Shown here one piece after another: positions 23,951-34,053 of a stretch of DNA of 64,000 nucleotides (position 1 is its first letter; the number at the start of each line of letters is the position of its first letter). Below the pieces are notes generated by a model. The model searched no databases. It was not told the DNA's origin and saw only the letters and a list, made by a program, of their open reading frames with translations. Source of the stretch: Camelus ferus (taxonomy: Eukaryota); the NCBI RefSeq assembly GCF_009834535.1, contig NC_045696.1, positions 114,206,001 to 114,270,000 on the forward strand. Direction: 5' to 3'. Both the position numbers and the translations under genes were made by a program.

Positions 23951-25489
23951 GGATTGCCAGGCCTGGGGGATCACGTATTCACGGTGCATTCTGCCTCCCC
24001 TGGGGCCTAATTTCCTCATCTATATTTGTCTTCCTCTCCTAGGTAACGGGGGAGTTCAGGGCTTGGCCCAGACTGAGTTTCCAGGCGAGGCGTGGGAGTG
24101 AGCAGGGCTGGCTCACAGCTTCGATGCCGATGCCGAGGACACAGAGCAGAGTGAGACAGGAGGCAGGGCTGCGGCCGCGGGAGGGCAGGGCAGAAGCGGA
24201 GGGACGTCTGCAGTGCCCAGCCCGGGTGCACTGACCCAGAGCGGCGCTTTCGCAGCAGAGATGCTGTAAGACTGCGCAGGCGCGTTTGGGAGGCGAACTG
24301 GAGAGAACTGGAGAGACTGCCAGAGTCGGGGAGATTCCAGCAACGGGAACTCCTTAGAGGATGTCAGGGGGAAGTGCGCTGGTGGGGCAGGGCCGTAATG
24401 GGCGTCCATAGTATTCCTGCCTCATGTGCAAGAGAAGTCATAATGATCTCTCTCTTATGTGCATCTCGTGAAGAGTCATGAAGTAGCCTATGTGCACGCA
24501 CTTGGCAAACTCTGTGTGAGTTTGGTCACAAAGGGATGTCTGTGTTTGTGCACACCAGATAAGATGAAGCTGTGTGTCTGTGTCTCTCACAGCAGCTGAG
24601 CTATGGATTTCTGACCCAGGACACCTCAGTTGGATTTAGGGCTAGGAGGAAAGTAGGAAGTTCGTTTTTCCAGCTTTGTCATTCTTCTGAGGGTAGAATA
24701 TTCAGGTGTACTGAGAGGACCAACACCATTGCAAGCGGATGGCCTATCGTGGCAGTTTCTAGGTGATGATACGTGGTGTGGTGTGTTGACAGACTGGATT
24801 CGGGACCTAAAACACACGTGGCGGATTGGGTTCTGTATCTGCAGCTCAGCATCGTTCCTGGCAGAGGGAATCCCCAGGGCTTCTGAGTACTTTGCTATCC
24901 TGAGCTGAAGGGCAGCCCGGAGGAGGAGGAGCTGCACTCAGAGGCAGTCGAGGAGACCCTGGGAGAATTTAGTACCCCAACCTGTCCATCACTGGCTGGA
25001 GATGCGCAGGGTGGGCTGGGGGTCACACAGAACACGCCTCTGGGTTTCTCTCCCACTCTGCAGCCCAGGGAGCTGGAGTGAGCAGCGCTAGGGGGCAGCT
25101 GGTTTCACCAGCAGCCACAGTGCATGAGTCCAGTGCGCTGGTAAGGCTTGTGCCCCAGCTGGCTGGCAGCAGAGACGGAGGTGGGCAGAGGCACAGCTGT
25201 CACCTGGCATGGAGGCCTGGCAAGTGACAAGCCAGCAGCAGAAAGCTGGAGGCCCTGCAGCTCCACCAACGCTGGCAAGAGCTGTGCAAAGACATTTCTC
25301 CACTGGGGATGCCCTTGGCTGCCACCGCCTACCATTTAGTTCAGGCTGAATAGGAAATAGACTTTGACATCAACCAACCCTCTGCATTGCAGCCTGACAG
25401 GAGGCGTCCAAGGACAATCGGGAGAAATAGGTGAACCCAGTCTTTCAGTTTGTGGAAGAAACACTGAACTAGAGTAAGCTTTACCTTCC

Positions 25490-25960
25490 TCTAGGAGGAA
25501 TAAGGAGAGGAAAACCAAAGGAACGGATGGAAAGATTCTGAAGCAGGAAAACATAGAATCCACTCTTCTGGATGTAGAAAAAATGGACAAAAAGTTAAAA
25601 ATAATGATGAATGGAGCAGAAGGTAGTGATTAAGCAGAGGTAATTGAGGTTTCAAAAAAGGAGACCAGAGCAAAAGGATGAGAGTGACATTCAAATGTAT
25701 GAGAGAAGCAAACCTTCCTGAGCTATGGGAAACCTGATTATGGATATAGAAATGGCTAATGCAGCTTCTGCCTATATTTGTGAAAAAATATCCAGATATA
25801 TCCTGGTAATATTTTAAAAATCAAATATTCCCAAAGCATCCAGGGAGAACTTGTATTTCCCTCTGATGCCCTCTCTACAATATTAAAGTTTAAAACAGCA
25901 TTGATTATGCAAATAGATGGGGCAAAGATTTAGTGTAAGAATGGTGAAAGAATCTTATTG
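25490..25960 (+). mobile_element. Very old L1 (ORF1-region-like) fragment within the EBLL
   Basis: Purine/A-rich decayed segment resembling L1M ORF1 (ATTGAGGTTTCAAAAAAGGAGA...CCAAAGCATCCAGGGAGA); L motifs resume after it. Confidence 0.45.
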
Positions 25961-28189
25961 CAGCAAAACCTATCTATCTATCTATCTATCCATCCTTCAT
26001 TCCATTTCTCAAAGGGCAAGCCCTTTATACCTAAGAAACATCTTGTTTTGTTCATTCAAAGTGGATGTCGAGTTCATTATTTCTCTGTGACAATTATTAT
26101 TATAAGCTCAAAGGAGCTTGGTCAGCCTCTCTGAGCGAACAACTTCGGTCCTGCATTTAGGACATGCTGGGCACCTGACAGTAGACGGGTGTTTTTCACC
26201 CTGTATCAGGCAGTGCCACGAGTTAATATCCAAAGGGATAACGTGTCTTTCCTGGTGTCTGTCAGTCATGCAATCTGATTCAATTCTCGCCTCATTTTCC
26301 CATTGGTGTGACTCACCCTTTCTTGATTTTTCACTTCATTCTCCTGGATTTATGTGATGCACTTAGTCTGGTTTTTAAATGATAGAGGATTCACTGCAAA
26401 CTGATTCATAACCCTGATGCTTTTAGAATGACTGCTTAACAATGAGCCACCAAGTTGGCTTTACAGGTGTTTGTATCTGACTCTCACTCACTGCTGAGTG
26501 ACGCTGTTTCCCCAGGTAGGAGCAGCCTGCTCTGAGGGTGGCTGCTCAGCTGAGCAATGCTTAGTGGCTTTGTGTTACAAACAACACCCGGCTGTCCTAT
26601 TCTAGCCGCTCTAGAGTGAGGGGGAACTAGTGAGAACCATTTGTGTAGTTTGTCCCAGAAGCTGTTAATAGAATGGGATCTGTTCTGGATTAAGACCAAG
26701 ACCCACTCAGGACATTCAAGACAGGAAAGTTTATTGTGGAGATGACTGATTCCAGAATCAATTTATCACAAGCCCCATGGGGGAAGGAGAGGAATTTGAA
26801 CCTTGGCTTTATAATTATTCACACGTATTGAATCATCTTTTAAATAATATGAGGTTGTTCCCTGATTTGGAGGTGAAGTCTAGAGAAAGTCGTTTGTTCT
26901 AGGAAATAGGCTTCAGGAAGCATTAAGGGTGCATGGTTTACCTCCCTCCTGAATTTGACCTTGGCTCAGAATAAATGTGGCAGTGGGTTGGGGATTTCCT
27001 GGGAGTTTCTTTGCTCTGCTCTAAATGTGTCAGAGACATACTGCCCTGTTCTTTGTCCTCTATTGTCTATTGTATCCAGAGAACATTTAATTCTCTGTTT
27101 GAAGAAGGCTAAAGCTGGATTATTCTTGCCTGTGGATTATCCACTTTGTGAATTACCAGGGTTGAATTTTAGACCCTTTTTCCTAAATGTAAACATGTGC
27201 TACGAAATGCAAACTCATTTCAATACTAGTGTAAAATCATTAGAACTGCAAATTGGCTGCCAAAATATATAATACGATGCTTTCAAAGCCAAATTAAAAT
27301 ATTCTTATATAATCCATTTCTTTATTAAGTGAAAAAATTTGACTTTATAATACTGTTGCTTAATAGATAAAATAAACACAAAGGCATAAAGACAGAATCT
27401 TCCTTTTAAAAGATTTTAAATGACAAGTTGATATCTGCTAGCATGTGTGTCATTTTCTCAATAATCCTTAATTGGTATATTTTTAATGTTACCATGATTC
27501 AAGCATTTGCAGAATATTCTTATCTGTCTACCTATCTGTACACACACACATATATACAAAATATACATATATCTTTGAAATATCATCTGGTTTAATTCTA
27601 TTATATTAGTACTGAAAGGGACTTAATTTATCCTATATTTCTGATTATTGGCAGTAGAGTTCATGCAATTGCAGGGCAGTTAAATGGTTAAGCAAACATT
27701 AGTTTAGGCCAGTGGTTTTCAAATTCATTCATTTACTGTTTGATTGTTTATTTGTTCATTCATTTGGTAGAAGGGAGAAAAGAAAAGAAATTGTACACAG
27801 GTTAAAATTATTTGTAATGACTATATTACCATTATATACATATAGACAGCCATCCACAGTCACACACATTCTTCTAAGGGAGACTGCATCTGCCAGCGGT
27901 GGGCGGGGAGCCGGGGATGGGGGATTCACCTGAGAAAAGTGATGGAGGAAAGATTCCACGCAGGAAGGGGAGGGGAGGGAAGGGTGGGAGCGAGCCATTT
28001 TCAGGAGGATGGGGAAGTGAGGGAGTGGGGAGAAAGCCTGGGGAGGCTGCCCAGGAACACAGGCCCTGAGGGTCTGCAGAAAGGATTTTTAGGAAGAGTC
28101 GCTGCGGGTCTGTGTTAGACACCCTTTGGCCTTCTTGCGGAGATACCATCAGGATTGGAATTTCTCTCCATTTCTGGCTGCTGGGCAGG

Positions 28190-30000
28190 GTTTCCTGGAT
28201 GAGGGTCTGCATGGAGACTGGCGGTGCAGGCCAGGTGCTGATGGGACAACAAAGGAACAAAAGACACCCTCTCTGCCCTTCTGAAACTTGCACACTAGTC
28301 AGGGGGCTGATATGAATCAAATACCCACCAAAGCGTCACAGATCCATTCATCATTCATTCATTCATTAACTATTTTTAAGCACCTACAGTGTGCTAACCA
28401 ATGGTTTTAGTTTTGGGGGATTCTGATTCATTGGTAGAACAGACAACATGATTCCTGCCTGTGGTGGCTTTATAATGTGCCAAACTATTTAGGCTGCCAC
28501 TTCATCTCCCAGAATTTCCTTCTCTAACCATTTCTGGGATATAGATGACCACCGGCATGTCCTGTAGATCTGGACGGCAAGCCATGGTCTCCAAAGGTCA
28601 GTGTGGGTGCAGCTCGTGGCACGGGAGCTGGCTTGCTGGCCGCCATCTGGTGCTGTGGTGACCTTCAGGGCCTGCTGGGGTCCACTTCCTGCTTCTCCGA
28701 GGCCTCCATGGAGCCTGCTGCGGCTCCAGGGCTGAAGGGCGGCATCTGCTGAGATGCCCCTCTTAGCACCGGGGCTGGAGTCACTGGGCCACCCTTGTCT
28801 GAGGTTGTCCCCATGAACTCCACCTTGTCCCTGCTCCCATGCACGCCCAGGTCTCCCTCCTGACTGCTGGAGGGCTTGACTCAGGGAGACTCCAGGCTCC
28901 ACCCCAGATGCAGAGGCAAGAGCCCGCACAGTAGTGCCACCTGCTCCCACAACTGCACAGCGACTTATCGCTGTGACCAGTCCCCTTTCTCTTTCTCCCG
29001 TGTGGTTCTACTGCTCTGATCGGACTCTAACGGGTATTTCGGTCTTAGGCGGTTTAGATGCTAGATGGACATTAAACAGTGTAATAAGTAAGTAAATGGT
29101 GAAGTATGTTTAAGAGGGAAAGGTGCGATGGACAGAAAATTAGAGAAGGAAAGAGCTGGGTCGGGGGCGAATGTAGGGCGCCCGTGTGGTGGATGTGGCG
29201 GGCGGGTGCTGTGTGAAGCAGGGCAGTCGTGATGGGCCTTCTTGAGAAGGTAAGATGTGAACCTAGAGGAGGAGGTGAGGGACCAGCCAGAGGAGCACTC
29301 CAAGGGCACAGTGAACACAGGACACGCTCCCCGAGGCAGAGGGATGCCTGGAACCTTCCTGGAGCTTCACGGAGGCCACCGCGACTGCAAAGACGGGAGC
29401 GAGGCGGCGGCGGAAGGATCTTAGGCACTGGGGGTCTGGTTTGTGCAGCAAGAGTTGGTGAAACGGTCCGTGGGCCACGTCCAGCCTCCTGCCTGTTTTC
29501 GTGCATCAAGTCTCAGGGCGCACAGGCGGGCTTGTGTATTAACGCCTCCCCTGCGGCTGCTTTCTGCTACCACCGCGGAGCTGAAGAGTTGGGGCAGAGA
29601 CCATGAGGCCTAAATAGCCTGAAATATTCACTAAAGAAGTTTGCTGACCCCTGGTCTGGAGAAATGGGAGAATGAAATGGGAGCTGTCCCAGGGATTGGG
29701 AAGAGGCGAGCCATACTGGGACTTGCGTGGGAATCAGTCCTGCTGCTGTGTTGCGGGCAGGTGGCAGGGGCAGGTGGAGAGGTGGGGACACCCATCCAGA
29801 AGCTATTGCGACAGTCCAGGTGGGAGGTGATGCTGGCTTGGACCAGAGAGGCTGCAGAGGAGAGCAGAGGTGATCAGATTCTGATTATCTCCTGAAGGCT
29901 GAGCCAAACTGACAGGCTGGATTTGGGGTGTGGGAAAAATAAAGGAGTCGACAAATGTATAATTACTACTCATCTTAAGTGCTGGTATCAAAGGATTCCT
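28190..30000. mobile_element. Composite of L2 fragments, an ERVL (MLT2-like) LTR and a MER58-like end within the EBLL
   Basis: CATTCATTCATT L2 end at ~28345; TGTGGTGGCTTTATAATGTGCCAA LTR start at ~28460; AAGTTTGCTGACCCCTG hAT end at ~29637-29653. Confidence 0.6.
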
Positions 30001-30104
30001 TAGAGGTGCCGCAGGGGGGGGGGTGGGGGTGGGAGTGGCGCAGTCTCCCCGCCCCGCTGGCCTCTGCTTTGTTTTATGTATCGGAATTTCTCCTAGAAGG
30101 ACGA

Positions 30105-30282
30105 TTGTTTCCAGTCTTGGGTACATATTAGAACCACCTGGGGGGCTTTATAAGGTCTGATGCCTGAGTCCCACTCCCCCCCGACCTGAATTCTTAACTG
30201 GTTTGAATTTTGACCTGAGCATTAGGATTCATAAAAGATCCCCAGATGATTCTTTCATCAACCAAAATTGAGAACCACTGCT
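30105..30282. mobile_element. MER5-type hAT element
   Basis: CATATTAGAACCACCTGGGG...CCCAGATGATTCT...TTGAGAACCACTG. Confidence 0.8.
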
Positions 30283-30329
30283 CTGACATTTTCTTTGAAT
30301 AAACTTTCCATGCTTTTTGAATGATGGGA

Positions 30330-30851
30330 AAGGCTTGGGTTGAGATCTAGAAGTGCGTGGTGGCATTTGTCTTTTTTCTTTTTCCCTTCCAGCCCTCGGC
30401 ACGTTCATACCACCTCCTTAATTTCCTTTGAGAAATTTCTTCTTCCCTTGGTTCTTAGCCACGGTAGCAGTCGTGCCTGTCTTTCCATCGTTACGGCGAA
30501 CTTTCTGGATCTCTTCTCTCCCTTTCCCTGGTGCGGCCAGATGGCAGCTGTTTCACCTGAGCTCAACCAGTTGGACACAGGGATGTCAGAGGTAGCTGCA
30601 GGTGGCAATGCAGCAATGGCCAAAATGCTGGCAGAGTCCTGTCTGGAATTTCTCATCACGCAATGGTTGCTGAGTCCTGCTCCCAGCTTCTTGGCCCTTG
30701 ATGCTTTTCTGGTTCTTCTCATCCATCTGCAACCTGGTGCCCCCACCTCCTGTTGGTCCTGTCAGTCTCCGGTGCCTCGCCCACTATCATGTCAATAAAT
30801 TCCCTGTTGCTTAAGTTAGCTTCAGCTTGTAACCAAGAGCTCTCCTGATAC
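30330..30851 (+). mobile_element. ERVL LTR (LTR33-like)
   Basis: Ends AATAAATTCCCTGTTGCTTAAGTTAGC...CCTGATAC. Confidence 0.6.
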
Positions 30852-33675
30852 GGAATGCCTGGGTGGCCTTCTTCGCTCTACTTGCATTGTGACACTATTG
30901 CAGTCTATTATTTGGCAGCTATGCACTGTGATTTCTTTGTTGGAAAAGAGCAAACAACAGGAATAACAATCTATTGAACTGGGCTTATTCAGTAGGGAAC
31001 AGACAGATATGACTTGATGCTAAATCCTTCGGAGGTCATAAACAGTCACTTCTAAAATGCTATCAGTAATAATCCTTTATGCAACATTTACTTCCTGAAG
31101 TACAAAACTTTGACTTAATATTTTGACAGATGTCAAGTCTTTGATTGAAATTCAATCTATGTAAGATCTTCAGACTGGGGAACTAACCAGACTTCCATCT
31201 TGGGGCATGTGCCAGACATCCAAGGGAGTTGTGTCAGTTTGTGTCCTGCAGGAAGCAGACCAAGACAGAATTGGAAGCGCAAGAAATTCAGTGGAGGAAA
31301 TGCCAGGGAAAGGTAAAGAGGAGAGGCCACAGAAGCAGTGGAGGGAACCCTCAGACCACGCTGTAGTTCTGACACCTGGGAAGCACCGTGATCGGGCCAG
31401 CGCACACTCCTGCGTGTGCGCTCCCTTCAGGCAAGTCTTCACTGCTCTGTTTCTCCATCTCCAGTTCCCCCTGGAACCCACCTCTAACATCTCCTTGTGA
31501 AATCTTTCACTTTCCTCCCTGAGGTTGAGTTGATCCTACTCGATGCATGACGGTATACTGCGTATAACTCTGTCCCTTACCCTGACAGCAGTATTCACCC
31601 TTCCTTCCAGTCTTTGAGCTCCTCGAGGGTAGAACTCTGTCATCTTTGTGACCCCTGAACTCATGGGATGTGTGGAACGAATGAATGAGGTCGAGGAGCA
31701 ATAGAAGGCCTGGCCCTACAGCTGATCTGAAATACTAAATAAGGTGCGACATGGCCATCAGACCCTATGACACAGGCTGCATTGTCTTCTCTTAAAGATA
31801 CTCACTTTAGCCCATGTAGGGTTGGCTCCACACAGCCCCAGTGTCAGAAAGCGAACGGGAAGGGTCTCAGTGATACTCCTTCAATCCCCTGGCTAAAGGA
31901 ATGCCAAGCCATTGCTTTCCTCCACAAAACCAATCCATTTTTATTTGGTTTGTCATTTACCACCCCCTGAATAACTTGTTACAGGTGGAGTGATGGGCTG
32001 AGAGAGGAAGGCTTGCGGGCTGCCCAGGCAGGCTGTCTCTGGATGTGGTCTTCCCAGCGCGGCTGCCCCAGCCTGGGTCTGAGTCTTCGCCTTACAGAAC
32101 CTTGCTATTTTGTTCCACATGGAAAGGATCATCTACTCAAACCCACAAGACTGATGAATATTAACCAAGATCCCAAACTATTCGTTTACAATGAAAAATG
32201 TAACAGGCGAACAGATGAGAAATTCGCTGGGGTTGGGGTGGGTGTTCTTACCGCTTTAGGAAAACACATGTGGGAAAGAAACGTTTGAATCACAAGTCAC
32301 TTAAAGGAGCCAGATGAGGAGAAAGTGAAGCGTGTCACTGGTCCACGAGGTGGATGCTGTTTCCGGATTGTCCCAAGCAGGCTGCTTATTCATGCTCATA
32401 GCCCCTGGAGGGGAACCCACCAAAAACTCCTTGCATTTTGACTCCCCACCTACAAGATCCCAATAGGTCAGTTTCTGCTGTTAATAGGATTTCAATTAAA
32501 AAACATACACACAAAACTGCCAGGTCTCCAATTTTCATGTGAGAATTATGATCCAGTAAGACTTTGTCATTCCGTGCATCCTGGACACTTATGACTGGAC
32601 TTCAATATTTTTAAATTCCTGCAGCCCCACATGGGCTTAAATTAATTTCTACATTTAGTGAATCTCATCCATTATGTATTAACTTATTAATTTCATTCTT
32701 AGAAAATGGTTACATTATTTATAGGTTTGAGGGGTCTGGGCTTTACTTCTCATATCGATCACACCATTTTTGGGGGCCCTTGGTCCACCGCCACACTCCC
32801 TGCAAACACTGATTGATAATCATTCCTTAAGCAGTGCTTTTCAGAGTGCCAGTCTCCATGCATTAGTATGTTGTAAAATCAAATAGTGGGTTCCAACCAG
32901 TGGCTTAAAGATAAAATAGAATAGGAAATATTAGAATTCATCACACATAGATAAATAGTGTTTTATATGTATTCCAAGTACTAGGTTGTGATGTAAAACA
33001 TTTTTCTGAATCTGGGTTAGGTTTTTTTTAAAGAAAAAAGGAACTTGTGGACTCCTCCCTACAACCCAGAGCATCATCTTCTGCCTTAGAGAGCAGGATG
33101 CTTTTTGTGTTTGAATGTGTTAGAAAATTTATTTAAATAGAACCTTTGCCCCAAAGAGTCCTATTACTGAGGGGACCGTGTACCCTCGGCTTCAGAAGCC
33201 TGCAGAAAGGTCCTATATTGGACAGTGTGTGAAAGGAGGTTAAAAAAAAAAAAAGAGTGCAAGGCCTGCCTGGCCAAAGGTGAATGAGAAGTCAGCTGAG
33301 AGGGAGGCCAGTAGAACTTTCAGAAAACCCTAGTCACTGCTTCTCTGCTGCTCAAGTTTCTCTTTTTCCACTGGGGCTTGGGGCTCCTGACTGTCTGAGC
33401 AGAGCTGCACTGAATTTACCGAGTTCCCTATGAGATGGGGTGATGGTGATGCTGCTCAGATTCAGCCAGGAACAATGAGATTTTCATATGAAATTTAATT
33501 TTCTTAGGAAATTGTTTTCATAAGCACAGAAATGCAGCATATATTTGGGCACTCAAAGATTAGTGTTCTTTGAGGCACAAATACATTTTTTCCCTCTCTG
33601 GAGTTCAGTTTATTTTATAGAGTTGATGTGTCCTTGAACAGGTGGTGCGGAGTATTGAAAATGGCAGACTGCGTT

Positions 33676-34053
33676 ATCCACCCATCCATCCATCGATCCA
33701 TGCATCTCCATCCACCCATTTGTCTGTCCATATGTGTGTCCATCTGTCCAACCATCCATCTCTATCCACTTGTTTGTCTGTGTATACATGTGTCCATCTG
33801 TCTGTTCATCCCTCCACCCATCCATCCATGCATCTCCATCCACCCATTTTTCTGTCCATACATGTGTCCATCTGTCCCTCTATCCATCCGTCTCCATCCA
33901 TCCAATGTCCATCCATATGTATGTCCGTCCATCCAGCCATCCATCAGTCTCCATCCACTCATTTGTCTATTTGTGTGTCCATCTATCAATCCATCCATTT
34001 CCATCCACTCATTTATCTGCCTATACATGTGTCCATCTGTCCATCCATCTACC
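33676..34053. repeat. (ATCC)-rich minisatellite, ~55-60 bp unit, about 6 copies
   Basis: Recurring CTCCATCCACCCATTT..TCTGTCCATA..TGTGTCCATCTG. Confidence 0.9.

Larger units (their letters stand above)
22150..24900 (+). pseudogene. Endogenous bornavirus-like glycoprotein (EBLG), decayed and split by TEs
   Basis: SLPGNLEVDLKSL~STPGLIDLEIRRL (22222-22260), YFGQF~YWGFF, FECC...CSI~FYCC...CSI (22524-22574), PAFLGC~PPFMYC across the L1 TSD, KTLDLIMC~KTLNGTILC (23372-23395). After the TEs: TQDTSV~TPQTSI, SGW (24734-24742) at the same spacing, WIRDL~WLRDL (24795-24809) and VLYL (24830-24841, transmembrane region). Confidence 0.85.

Noticed and set aside
23960..24045. G transmembrane-like peptide LPPLGPNFLIYICLP
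   Set aside because: Overlaps a MIR-core-like sequence, and the better transmembrane match is at 24795-24860.
24785..24975. Second P-like match (VDRL..DLK, EAVEETLGEFS) and minus-strand LRIAKY L-like match
   Set aside because: The same bases fit the G C-terminus (SGW, WIRDL, VLYL) and the G/L junction better and in the expected order; treated as chance.
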